DNA from: Rhodosorus marinus CCMP1338
Lineage: Eukaryota; Plantae; Rhodophyta
Direction of reading: 5' to 3'
DNA: 64,000 nt
Assembly (NCBI GenBank): GCA_029953675.1
Contig: JAMWBK010000010.1
Location: forward strand, 806,001-870,000
Shown: positions 11,382 through 24,414 of the stretch, piece by piece
Position numbering within the stretch: position 1 is the stretch's first letter
Layout of the letters: every line of letters starts with the position of its first letter
Position numbers and translations under genes: made by a program
Notes under the pieces: model-generated
What the model saw: only the letters and a program-made list of their open reading frames with translations
What the model was told of the DNA's origin: nothing
Databases searched by the model: none

Positions 11382-11813
11382 TCAATTGCTTGAAGACTCC
11401 TTTGAAACGTCGCTTATCACACTCTTACTCACGTGAGGCTGGTTCTTCGCAATCGTCGGAGTTGGTGGATGCGCTTCGACAATCTTTTTCCTCCCACCGC
11501 TGTTCTCATGAGTTTTTTCGTGGCTCTTCAAGCTCGATCTCCATCGAAACGACTTCTTACAGTCTCCCCGAGAACACTTAAACGGTTCGTCACCAGTGTG
11601 CAATCGAACGTGCACCTTCAAGTTCCACTTTTTCGTGAACGTCTTCGAGCAGCTCTCCACTGGACATCGATAAACACTGTCCTTTACACTTCCTGCACCA
11701 CCAAACCCTCGGCCACTCGCCACGCTCTCAGGTGCCCTCTCCGCTAGCAAAGACGCATGAATCAATACATCCAGTGGCTGGTGCCCACCAGAATACTCCG
11801 TTTTGCCTGACAT
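11382..11813 (-). CDS. C2H2 zinc-finger protein (two fingers)
   Basis: CPVESCSKTFTKKWNLKVHVRLH-TGDEPF-CSRGDCKKSFRWRSSLKSHEKTH, with a canonical TGEKP-like linker. Confidence 0.9.
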   Translation of the reverse strand: MSGKTEYSGGHQPLDVLIHASLLAERAPESVASGRGFGGAGSVKDSVYRCPVESCSKTFTKKWNLKVHVRLHTGDEPFKCSRGDCKKSFRWRSSLKSHEKTHENSGGRKKIVEAHPPTPTIAKNQPHVSKSVISDVSKESSSN

Positions 11814-14800
11814 CGTTCTCAACTACTCTCCCATCACCATTCCACAAAAGCGAGCAAACTATTCAATTGCTTTCCGAACAAGCCTTCCCCAAGCTCCTCC
11901 CAGTCCTCCTCTATTAATATATAATATTCCTCAGCTTCTCAAACGCAAACCCACCACAGATCATCAATCCTCCCCGACATACCCTCGTCTACCGAAATCC
12001 CCTAAGCCTGTTCTCGCATTCCTTCCCCTCCTGTTAGCAGCTCCTAACACTCCGTTGGCATCGTCATTGAAAATCCATCCAAAACGCACAAAAATCCAAC
12101 ATCTAACTTGGAACCTCATTTTTCGTCCATTTTCGGGATATATATGCACCCCCTTTTTTTATGAAGAAAGCTTTTCGCGAAGCCGTTTTGGATTCTTGTT
12201 TTCCTCATTTATCCAGTACCACCTTCCCCCCCACTCTCCCCTTCCCCTTTTCACACCCGTTACCCCCCCTTCCTCCTGCTATTTCCGCAACCTCAGCAAA
12301 TGAGATGCTATAGGACAATGACGTAGATAATTGGTAATTATAGAATTTTCATGAGCGATATAGCCCTTTTCGACCGTCTTTCCTACTTCTCAAGGTGAAG
12401 TTGATTTCCAACCGTACTTAATTAAGCTCGATACGTCAAATAAATGCCAGGCTCGCTTCTATTTTTCTTACAGAATGGTCTTTTTCTCGATTTCAGGGGG
12501 TCCAAGAGTGAGGGGGGTCGAGTACGGCGGGTTGTGGTACGCACTGCTCACCCCCTGTAGGATAGTTTTTTGGAGTCTAAATATTGCTCAGTGGGGATTT
12601 GGGCCCCCCCCCTCACGGCACAAGATCTGCTTCTGGAGCTCTTAAATATAAATAATTAAGATATGTTGATGAATAGAGAAAAATAGGCATCCCCCCTCTC
12701 CCCCCTTACTACTGTTTGTGGAAACGTCGTCATCGTTGGAAGGGACTCCATCATGTTCGCAAATGGTATTTGCATAAATACGCGTTCAGACGCTGGGGCC
12801 TGCGGGGCCCGGCGAAAATGAGTTGCACGACGCGAAAGACAAAACTTTTAATAGTACTGTGGTCTGGGTCTGGGGTAGAAAAAATGCGTTTTGCCCAAGA
12901 TTTCGTTCTGCACGAAGAGGTCAAATTTTGTGTTCCCGTCTCTAAATAGAGCTTATTTCTATGTTTTCGAATATAGAAGTATTAATATGGGGGGTAGTAG
13001 TTCACGAACATGTGGGGTGAAGTTGTTTTGTTCCGCGCAACAGCTAGCTTACCATCACACCACCAACCAACCCCCCTTCACTCCAATTTTTCGCAAGCAT
13101 TTCTCGGCTGCTCACCGCTCGTCCACCCCTTGAGAACAAAGGTGATTGAACCATGAAAAAAGGCTGACAGGCTCAAAGCACTTCAAAACTACACCTTTGA
13201 CCCAGTTGGAAGCATCAAGAATAGAACAAAAAGTTTCTATTATTCATAAAACATCGAAATGCCTTCAAGGAAGTGTCAGGAAAGGAGACCTGACTCCAAG
13301 TCCTTCTTACATCGTCGAAAAACAAAAAAAAATCGTTACCACCTGATAGTTCATCACGGGGTATGTTTCTTTGTGAGGTGATCCACAAGCTACTTATTCC
13401 ATGTTCTCCAGGGGGTAAATACACAAGTCCTCTAGCATTGTATATATTGCTAGATATTACTTGATTCAACATATTTGTCTGTTGAGGCAAACCAAAGAGG
13501 GGACATAGGTTTGAGCAGGTGTAACCAACGCGCGAATATTCTAGCCTAGGGCCGCTTAGGTAAAATATTGCTTAGGTTTTCCTGGCTTCTTGTGCGTCCG
13601 TATCTCGAAATTTTTATGACAAACATAACTTTATGGTATTCAATTATGATAATTTTACAACCATCTCTGACACTTCCTAGGTGAACCAATCAGGAGGGAG
13701 AAGCAGATCAATCAATATTCTATGGCATTTTCGCTCTGAAAACGTTCTCATCGATGTTGTGAGAGCAGTGCGCACGTGACGTTCCGAGAGCACGTAGGAA
13801 CAACATTCTCTGCCACGCTTCGTATTGAAGAACCGGTATTGTTGCGGCGATGTTACCGTTTATGACATATCCTCCCCCCTGCCTCTGGACTCAAGTTCAA
13901 CTGTACTCGAACGTTTTCTGGCTCACGCGCCATAGGATACGGTTTTTGGATATTATGCGTCGGCATCTGGGGAAGTGTTGCGCGCGTTTCGCCCTCGCGC
14001 CATATCGATTTGGCGTGCTCGCATATTGTTCGCGTTGAAAATTTGTTCGCGAAGTCCCCTGCGTAGTGTTTCGTTGGGACGAACTCAGAACGTAGATGTA
14101 GCTAATGATCATGTTTTTTTTAAAGCATCCTTACAGTTTCCACCTCCCTTCAATGCCACGGTAGTGACGTTCTACGGACGTTGAGGCTTTGTCTGCTGGG
14201 AATGGTTGAGTGAAAAAGCGCTCCAACGAGGTCTAGTTAAGTGTATCCGAAGCTTGGATCTGACAACGAATAGGTAGACTTTCATGAAATTGGCGTGAAT
14301 GCAAGCTGGCTTCTTGATCGCCTTCCTTACCACCACCATGAACATTCACGACGCCGGGTTGGGTCTGGTCCGTCGGTGCTAGATTCAGCTTCACACAGGA
14401 TCCAGATTGATGCGAGAGCAAAGCAAGAAGGAAGCAAACCGAGGAACGTAGATGGATGGGCTACTGACTAGACCAGTATCTATTCGCTAGACAATTTCGC
14501 CTTACCCATTGTCAGCACCAGCTGGGTCCCTTCGACTTGAACTCTCTCTTACGAAGTATTTCGTTTTTTATGTAACCTAGCAAGGTGCAGCACCAAGCTT
14601 TTCCTCCCAACAGCGTTCCTAATGTAGAGGAAGTGAAGCTTGGCTTGTAGAAGAACTATATTCACAAACGGTGCTTGCAGAGCTAGTAGTAGTTCTCATC
14701 TCAAACAGATGACGCTGTACAGCGCTCACGTCGCGAAGTGACAAACGAGTTCAAAGGGACTCGCACCGGAAACTGAGAGGATCCAGCGTTCGAAGGATTC

Positions 14801-14944
14801 GATCGCCAGCAGCTGATCATCAACAAACGAGCGCCCCTTGGCACGGGTCGAGCGAGAGCGAACTCCACAATTCACCGCTAAGCTCTCTAGCACAACCGAG
14901 TTGAAAACTCGTTGATTGTACCAGGAGCAACAATAACTCCTTTC

Positions 14945-17201
14945 TTAGGAGTGGAATATGTACAAGGACGGGCCCGCCGCTACAGCGTAGACCTTTTCAG
15001 TCGGACTTGCATCGACGTGCATGATTCTCTTGACGGGTTCGACAAGTTCAGGCATGCCGGATTCCAAAATACCTGAACGGAATGGCCGAGGAAAGCGTTG
15101 TTAGGCAAAAGAAAACTACAAGTGGACACAGTTCATGTAAGCACATCATATGTCGTGAGGACTGAACGTACTAGCGTTGACTAGATCTGGAGCAGAAAGC
15201 AGATGCTTTCCATTCGCTCCAGAAACGAAGTCGACGCTTGCCTCGACAGCAAGATCATCCCCTCGCTCAAGCGAAAAGGAGCAGAAAAGTCCATTGTACG
15301 ATCCAGTGACCACCGATGATCCATCGTTGGAGAATGCACATTGAAAGCGGTCAAAAATGCATTCGTTTTCATACAACTCGACAAGCCTTGAACTAGACCG
15401 AAGAACAATACACACAAGCGTTCAGAAATTCGTGCGAGGGCTCAAGATGATGAGTACAATACAGGAAAAAAGCTGAACGCTTACTTGATTTGCTCAAACA
15501 CGGGAATTATCTTCAGGGGCTCCGTTTCCTTTCGCATATCCCAAATCCTGAGCGTCTACGAAGGTTAATCAAAAGGAACATTACCTCAGCATCGTGCGCT
15601 TCAGCTGAGAATGAGTTTGTTCCTGAAGCTGAGTACCTCGTAGTCTCTTGTGCAAAAGTACTTTCCGTCTTGAGAAAACTTGAGGTCGGCGATGGAAGCA
15701 ACAATTTCAGAGAAGAAAGATTGGTTTCTCGAAACGTCCTAAAGATAGTGCAAAACAAAAAAACAGGACATCATTAGCTATTTCAGAAAATGGTTTCCTC
15801 AAACTGGGGTCGGGGAGGAATTGCAAACTTACGTCCGGCACAGTAAACTCCTTCGCAGAGCCTTCACAGAGCGCAGAAGCTCTCAAATCGTTGAGCTTCA
15901 CAACAGCTCTGGACGTGCTGATAGCAAAAAGATTACAATGCTCCGGGTGGAACTGTGCGCATGTAATAACTTCGTTGAGGTCTTCCATATTCTCCGGCTT
16001 CAAATCAAGCACATTGAAGCCGCGTTCTCCTTTTTCTAGATGCCACAGGTTCACTCGAAGATCATCGGCACTCAAGAATGTTTCCTCATCAGAGCTCACA
16101 CTATCACCGGCAAAGTAACGTGCATTCGTCAAACCACGCAATCATGATGCCCTATCGGACTACTCAAAGGGTTGCCCTTGCTTTCAGGATACTCATAACA
16201 GTGATTATATCCACCTACCTGACTGAGTTGATGTGATACGTATGAGCGTTCGCAAAGCTGCGAGTGCAGCTGCTGCTGATTATAGCCTCTCGTCCTTGAA
16301 TCCTAGGAATGGTCAGTCTGAGAAGTTCAAACACATGCGTATTAGTTACTCAGTGTTTCATGCTCGAAAAACAAGCAGTCTATCTCAACAGCGGAACGGA
16401 CGTGCCCTGATCCAACCATCTCTACTGCGGACTCCCGACTGCAAAATTCATCGAGTCCACTTTTGCAAAGCGGTTTCTATGCGGGAAGGGGCTTACTTGC
16501 TCGGGGAGGAACGTACAGGTACTGCTGCGTTTGAGATACCGTTGCGTCCTTGAAAATGGTCCATTGTTTGTACCCGGGTCACATTCTAATCGTTCGAACA
16601 AACCAAATCAAGTAAGTAACTCGGATCACAGAACAGACCAGCTTCCGCACTCCTTGGAAGCTCAGTCTTACCCGTTCGTCCACCTTGAAAAGCTTGATGG
16701 TTTTGTCATTGGTTGTTAAAAGGCGGCAGGCTCCTCCCGTCTGGAAATCAGAACAAGAACAAAATCGTCATTAAAATCAGTGACACGGGCTGCCGGACGG
16801 AATGAAAGCATTTCCGGTCTGGCCAGGGTTGTTCAACAAGTTAAATTGGAAAGACGACACCACTAACAATTCTTCAATATGTCTACAGTAAAAATCTTTC
16901 TTACCTGATCAAGCCAACAAATCCTGTTGATTTTCTCCTCGATCTCCATGCTCTTCAAATAATCGAACTCTGGCTCATGTGACTGAAACTGAGTCCAAAA
17001 TCGGAACTCAACCTGTTTAGGATGAGCGTTGTCCTCCACCGCGCGAAGCAGAACAACTCGACCACCTTTATCACCGGTGGCCACCATATCTCCAGTATCA
17101 GAGAACTGCACAGCAGAAATCAAGTCGACATCCTGAATTCCTAATCCTCCATCCACTCCGCGCTCGCCGAACGCTTGAGCGAACTGTAACTTGGGACGCA
17201 T
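14945..17201 (-). CDS. PPP2R2/CDC55: Protein phosphatase 2A regulatory subunit B (B55/CDC55 family), multi-exon
   Basis: [57 protein letters not shown] and a C-terminal [11 protein letters not shown]. Confidence 0.95.
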
Positions 17202-17750
17202 CGGGCTGACAACAACAAAAAAAAGTGCCTGGGCAACTCTACGCGGCAAATTAACAAGTCAATTGTCGTCCCTCTCTGCCACCACTCCCTAAACCCTCCC
17301 TCCCCAAAAATCACGACCCGGGTCTCTTCTCCACAGCACTCTCCTCAAACTTTCTTACCCTTTGGGCCCTACTGTAACATTCGCCAAAACCAAAAACCCC
17401 AACTTTGGCCCGCACCCGTTTTCTCCGTGTAACATTCGCCAAGAGCAAAACACAGCGTTTGGCCCCTTCGCCAAATGTAACATCCGCCTAGAACAAAAAT
17501 TTTAAACAGCTTTTTGGCCCAGTTACTTTAACAGTTTCGCCATAAACAAAAAGCGCTTCGGCACCGGCCAAGCGTTTTCCCTTCTGACCTCCTACCACGA
17601 TCTACCACCACGTCCCCAACCCTGCCAGGCAACCCATTTTAAGCCGGAGAGAGAAGTTGAGAAAAAGCTGAATCCCATCTGTTGAGGAGGGTTTGGGGTT
17701 TTCCCTAATCAAGGATTTTGGGTCGGAGAACGCACGTCTTCTTTGAGCTC

Positions 17751-18070
17751 ATGAGCAAGTTTCAAAGTATCCATTCTGAGGTTGAATCGGACTTGGAAGT
17801 TTCCTCCATTTATGAACGGATGGAGCAATGATCACCAAAAACGAGTTTACGTTGTGGATAGCGTGTTGACGACAGGGCAGAGTCTTCACATGGACAAGCA
17901 GGTCACATGGTGCTAAGGAGACGGAGACGGTGGGCTGATGTTTGGACCACCGCAACTTGGTCGGTGGTGATGATAAGATCCATCTCAGCTGAGCGCTTGG
18001 AAACATGTGGCCGGTGGCACGCTGGACTAGGGCAGTTTGCGCACGCGCACCGGCTGACGCAGATTTAGAT
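17751..18070 (+). pseudogene. Degenerate phosphoribosyltransferase (UPRTase-like) fragment
   Basis: KRVYVVDSVLTTGQSL (17842-17886) resembles the PRPP-binding loop. The preceding SSIYERM is in another frame and resembles UPRT/UKL IYEKLP. Stops and frameshifts are present. Confidence 0.35.
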
Positions 18071-18837
18071 CTATGTATACCAGAATCTTGGCGCTCGACC
18101 AGATTACATTGAAACGCAGCTGTTGGAAGGGTCTAGCTAGAAGGTCTCCCAAACCTGATACATTTTTACCGTGATTTATGCCTTGGAAAGGAATCAAATC
18201 CGGTCAAGGGGTTACGTTTACACGTGAGTGAGTGCTGCGGAGAGTGCGTAGTTGTCACCTACTCTCTGGTTCTTGCCGACTGCATGAAATACTAGCTGCA
18301 CTGTAAATGGATAACTCCGAGCCAAGTGGAACTTGGGTGGGACCGAAGAGGCCCACCCCCACAGATTTGTGCATTCATCGAAACAGGTACGCCAAGATCC
18401 GCAGATTAGCAGGCGAACACTGGATGGAACCTTCTCCGCGCGACCGCGCTCTTGATGCTTCTGCTGTTTCTTCCCAGTTTGGAGGCCTAGTAGTCCAGTC
18501 CGGAGCCGCGAACCGTTCGGCTGAATGTGTGGATTAGACGTTTGCGGTATTTATTCAAAGTCAGTTCGGGTATCTGGCTGCTATCATGCCGGGTCGTACA
18601 GTTCACCCTTGCATGCAGTTCTGTACAGTAAACGGAGAGATTAAGCAGGTCTCGTAACCGGGAGACTCTGGAACTAGTCTCTGATCAACTGTCGATCTAC
18701 AGTCCGTGTTCGGGAAACCGGCTTCTTCCATTTGCATTCGATCGATCGATTGACCTTAGCTTTTCCTTTTGTCAGATCAGCTCCGTTCTGGAATCGGCCC
18801 TCCCCACTTCTAGGAAGAGGGGAAAGGACTTCATGGC

Positions 18838-20260
18838 TTATTCGGACAGCAGCGAGTCCGCTCCTGCATTCGCAGCAAGATCCTCCATGACGCCGACTGC
18901 ACGGTCCTTAGGAATAAGCCCTGGCGTGACTCGCGTTCCCGCTGTCTTCTTGAATGCAAAAAAGGCACAAGGTGTGTCAAACTAATTCAGCAGGGGACAG
19001 GCGTAAAACATTCGCCAATCCTGTCGCCAGGGAGATGAACAGCGAAGCTAAATGCTCTCACTTACAAGTGCGGTCCCTTGAATCACGCTTCATCGATGCC
19101 GAGTCATCCAAATCATCACCGTCGGCCATAACTCTCAGGGGACCAAAGCGCGATCTATGCGGCCGTACCGACTGTCGGAGCCATTCGCGAAACGAATCAT
19201 CGAACGTGGCGTTCAAAATCAGCATGATCAGCTCGAGCGTATGCATCAATGCATATGGCATCCACGTCGATATTCGCTCATGTGTCCCAAACGCCTTTTC
19301 AACCGTCATGATGTAACCACCTGCGACATCCCAAAATCTGTCAGCCTTCTACTGAATACGCAAGGAACGAAAAAGAGCTGGAGAGACGCCGAGAATCCCC
19401 ACCTAGAACATCAGGAAAGTACATCAGGTAGCTAATGGCCCCGCCTTCCTTTTGTGTCCAAGTCAAAAAAATCTGAGGCAGAAACTGTGCACACAAGAAG
19501 AATGCATTGAAGAAGCCAACAACATTGGCATAGGTCTGGAATGGACCGCACCGTCCCTCCTGAAGCATAAAAAAAAAAAATTGATGAGGCCCTCATGTTC
19601 AGATAAGCCCTACCGGGCACAAAAAAAATTTGGCAAAGGAATCCCATATTACTTGTATCACCATGACGAAAGGAGAGCCAACCAGGCCGATAATAAAAAA
19701 TTGACAGAATAGACCAATCCAAAGTCTTCTGTAACTTGAAGGACCAGGAGTACCAAGAGCACTCGTTCTTCGACTATTCATTACACTAACGACAACATAT
19801 AACGGAAACAGCGACAGGCAACCTGTCAAGCCGGAGTACAGCACGAGCAGTGAAGGCTGGCATTTTATCATCATTCCAGGTCCCGAGGAACACAACTGAA
19901 TCTGTGAGCGACAAGTTCCACAGCCAGGACGCACATCAGCGATCATTAAATTCTGAGCATTCAGGATAGGGGAAAAGCGAGCCCGATAAAGCCGGTTCTT
20001 CTCAGTATCCACCGCACCTGATCATAATGAAGAATCAACAAGTTGATGACATTCAAGGCGCGTCCGATGTTTCCAATAAGTAACATCATTGAGCTAAAGC
20101 CTGCTGCCGACCCCCTTTTGTACAACTTGTAATATTGCGGCACGGGCTGTAGCAGGCAAAGTGGAATTGCCAGCAGCCCCACATATAAAGCCACCGAACT
20201 GACATCCTCCAGTTCGCTGAGGCATTTTAACTCAAAGATCTGATTCAAATTCACAGCCAT
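18838..20260 (-). CDS. PQ-loop repeat membrane protein (cystinosin/PQLC family), multi-exon
   Basis: Two PQ motifs (LLQPVPQYYKLY; AQFLPQIFLTW) in hydrophobic helices. The last exon is inferred to end ...ADSLLSE*. Confidence 0.85.
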
Positions 20261-21553
20261 CCATTCAGTCCATCCCCGACAACCCTAAATACTCCATCCA
20301 AACGATCAAGAACAAATCCTCCACGAGCAAACCCCACCGCCTACCTCCCCCAGACCACCCCCAAACCCCACAATTCGGGAAGGAGAGAAATAAAACAAAA
20401 CCTCAATCTACTGTACAAATCATCAGCACCCTCTCCCACTCCAACAAACTTCAATGAGCACTTCTTCCTTTCATCGCCTTGAAATCAATTGCTTCAGAAA
20501 CAAGGGGTTCAAAGGTAAGCAATGTCCCTAATCGCCCAAGCCCTTCTATTCTCCCCAATCCAAAAACTTAAGAAATGCATCAACAACTTTCTCAACAAAC
20601 AACCGCTGACCCTCCCCTCCTCCACTCCACTCCCACTACCCCCTGGATCCCACCTTCCCCAAGCCCCTGTCAAGCTACGATATAGCAGCCAGAAATATTG
20701 CCCACCGCTCAGCGCATCCATTGAAACCATAAGACGTGTAACAATGGCCACATTGTTCCAATATTTCTTGCCCCGACACCATTAAACAGAAAAGGGAGTT
20801 TCTATTTTGAACCCTGTTCACCCCCAAAAAACATATTTGGCAAATAAAAAAAGGTGTATCGATTCTACTCAATACGAACTCCCCCCCCCTACTCACCTTT
20901 TACTTTGATGCAAGAAAATGTTTGATTGTCAAGGGGAGTCATCGAGGGGGAAACGTGTCACAGTTTCTGTATTTTTTATGGCAAATATGAGCATCCGGAT
21001 CAAGAGGGTAAAAGTCAGGTAGGGGTATAAACTTGATAAACGAAAGGCATCCAGTAAAATTAGCACGGGGGTTGGTGCTCCTAGTGTTGGATGTCTGTTT
21101 TATCAAATACTTTATTGCTTCGAACAAACTTAATTGATTGAATGTGTCCGTAATGATTGAAAGTCATTTTGGAGTTTATTGAACTAATAATATTCTGCTG
21201 CATGGATTTTCCACGTGGATTTCCAAATTAGAGTTGTAAGTTCCTAAACTATTGTAGGCGTTGGACTTGACATAAATGAACAGACTGAAATTATTGATTT
21301 TTTGGTTCGTAGTCTGTGCACGCAATGTCATAATTTGAGGCTTTCGCATCCTAGCCGGTTTTTTTGTTTTTGTTGTTGCCATTTTCTCCTCCTGTCAGGA
21401 GCGAATGAGCTCATTGGATGCGATACTTTGTAGGGAGGGTTGTGGATAAGTTCTCATCCATAGCAGCTGTGTGCGAGCGTGGAGGAGGAGAAGGGCCTTG
21501 CTTTGCAAATCTGGCTAGGGATAAGTGAATAGAGCCGGTATACGTAACCAGCC

Positions 21554-22961
21554 ATGTTTGGAGGGACATTGGTTCCAGGATTCAGTTTGAATATGGGCAT
21601 GCTATCGAAGGAGACGGTGGAAAACCGCAGGCTGTGCCTTCTGGTTAGACATGGACAAACGGACTGGAACTCTCAAGGTCGCGTACAGGGGCAGATAGAT
21701 GAGTCTAGACTGTTACGTGAGTATACTAGTCTCTGCACTGCCTGTTTTGTTCCTCGGCAATCTTACTCTCAGTGCCAACATGATTTTGTTTTATAGCGAA
21801 AGGGGAGGAGCAGGCCAGGATGGTTGGACGATATCTGAAAGGGGTCCAGTTCGATAGAGTGTACTCTTCCCCTCTAAACAGAGCGAAAAGGACTTCAGAA
21901 ATAGCTTTGAAAGAAATGAGCGGACGGCTCACCAAAGACGATATCATTTTCATGGACGAACTGAAGGAGATCAAATTGCCCTGGCAGGGGATGTTTAAGT
22001 CGGACATACTGGTATGCTTTGCTAGCAGATTTCTCTCTATTGTCCTGGACATTGTGAAAGTCGAATTAGTTCTCAAGGGCTCATATTTTTCCGAAAACGT
22101 AGAGCAAGTACCCAGAGTACGAAACATACCACAACAGCCCAGACGAATTGGAAGTAGACGGCTTCACACCAGTTCATGACCTTCACGACCAAACCGAAGC
22201 TGCATGGAGGGAGATATTAAGTTCAGAGTTCGACTGCTGTCTAGTCATCGCCCACAACCAGACAAATCGAGCTCTTCTCGGAAAGGCTATGGGCCTCCCG
22301 GTCTCCAGACACCATTCCTTCTCGCAGGTATACGGAGTCGAAAGAAATTCTGGTTCTTTCCCGTCAAAATTTGTGAGAGGCTGAAGAAAATTAAGTTCTG
22401 TGTGGCTTCGATATCAGAACAACTGTTGTTTTAATCTTATTGAATCCCGCAACGGGGACCTTCGACTCCTTTGGAGCAATGTCTCTCATGACGGTGTTTA
22501 TGTTCCAACAAAGGTATTCTGCACTCTTTTGTTGAACTGCGCTCACCTGAGGGTGAGATGTGCTGACACTGCTCCCACCCGTTGAACGCTTTGTAAATGA
22601 GCAGCAGCCTCCAAAAGATCACATTCGTCTGGAGATGCGAAGTATGGCCGGCTTAGAAACGATTATGAAAATAGATGGTGAAGAGTACAACTTTGAGGAT
22701 GGCAGTTGCTCCGAGCTACTGGATCGTGTACAGACTTCCAGCTCTGGGCATGTTGTTCTTATGGGGAATTCGCTTTCAGATTTCTGTGCCGAAGTGATGC
22801 AGATGCCGTCTCTTAAACTTGGTGATGGAGGAGTGGCTTCAATCTTGTTGAATAGGAATGACCCGTCAATCTGCCCACATCTTGAGGTATTTTGTGCTTC
22901 GAAGGACGCCATGAACCTAATTGAGCGACCTACCGGCATGCAATCACCGGCCTTCCTATAG
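21554..22961 (+). CDS. Histidine phosphatase / phosphoglycerate-mutase family, 2-carboxyarabinitol-1-phosphatase-like, multi-exon
   Basis: LVRHGQTDWNSQGRVQG, YSSPLNRAKRT, ELKEI and VIAHNQTNRALL; degenerate second half; short transit-like N-terminus. Confidence 0.8.
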
Positions 22962-23862
22962 GCGGCTTTCTCTGCCGTTATGGTGGAGCCTGTGTACAGC
23001 GCTTTGGATATGCGTGAAACTTAACTTTGCTAACCCACTAGGAAGCCCGAGGAAGCAGTTGTCTTAAAGAGTAAACTACGGCTCTCGGCACTGAAAAAAG
23101 CAAATCAGTCTGAGATAAAGGAAAGTATGAGGACGTCAACGCGTTTTTTAGCACATTTGAACCTATTCAGGAATAGCAACCTTAGCAGAATGTTCGCTCA
23201 CGTGATGGGCAGGGTTGACCCTTCGGCCACAGCGTTTAAACTCGGCGTTTTTAACTGCAGTAGCATTAGATTTTTGCAGTATAATCACTGCCTCTCGCGA
23301 CCTTGCTCGTCATCACAAGCGCTCTCCTCTTCTCTGTTTTTCTGATTACTGTTCGTCACCCACTGGGAACGAACCTGACAAGTATGCTAGTGCCACAAAA
23401 CTGCTAGACTCTACAGGTTTCCGTCTACGGGAATCCGAGGTCCTGGGGGTGCATTCGACATGGTTCGGCGAGATGCCAAAGTCAACTAGCGTTAACAATC
23501 AAAACGGATTCTTGGTTTACCTCAACACGAATGAAGCACTCCCGAAAATTCTTTCACTACACAGTACAAACCGCGATCATGGTAACTTCCTCATGTGTGC
23601 AGCAGAGGCTCGCATGAAGCGAGACCGGTGCTGATCAGCACACATAGTTCTTCAGCCTCGTTGTGCCTTTCCCCTCGAGCAAAGATCCTATGATATCAAA
23701 ATCGCCAGAGAGGGACTGTACAATCATGTACTAACCAATACGAACGGCAATAGGAAATATTGTTCGATTCGTGCCTTCGCGATAATGTTGGACGAGCTGC
23801 GGTCTCGGAGGAGAAAGTTCAGCTCTCAGACAGGACTTACAGGGTTGCCAAGTAGAGGAACC

Positions 23863-24414
23863 ATGGAGTCTCGCGATGAAGATCAAAAGAAGAGTCTACG
23901 CGATTTCATCCGAAGCTCTCGGGAGTATGTATCAGGTGGCTGGAATCGCGTGAAGAGTACTGTGGGGGCTCCGGTTGAACGGGCGGAGGAATTCTGGAAT
24001 ACTGGGTCCGCGCATTTGGATGGTAGGCACAACGAATACGCCGCGTTGAAACAGCAAAACGCGATGCTGACATCCATATTTTTTTCCTGCTTTTGTATTG
24101 TTTTGCAGCTGAAATTACGAGGCTAGTTAAACTGAGACATCAGTCAAACCCGCTTCTCTCCATGTCGATTGTTGCTTTGCTCGTCGGACTGCCTAGTATA
24201 AAGTGTAAGCAGGAATGTTGATCAGTCCCGCCGATCCTCCTCGTTCCTTGGTTAACTGAGACTGCGTGCTTTTTCCTGGGTTTCACCAGTGGCGGGACCT
24301 GGGCCGGCATCCAGATACGCGTTGATCACCTTTGCCGCGACGGGGCTCTTGTTCTATCCTGATTACGTCACTCAGCATGTTTTGGAGTATAGTTCCGAGA
24401 GCAAGAGGGAGTGA
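23863..24414 (+). CDS. Small 3-exon two-TM membrane protein, possibly MICOS MIC26/27 (ApoO)-like
   Basis: Three exons splice in frame through GT-AG introns into ~125 aa: helical N-terminus, TM SIVALLVGLP, TM ALITFAATGLLFYP. The family call is tentative. Confidence 0.5.

Noticed and set aside
14233-14944. Stop-codon readthrough of PP2A B55 or a downstream small gene
   Set aside because: The frame stays open for ~58 codons after TAA, but there is no start, motif or consistent splice model.
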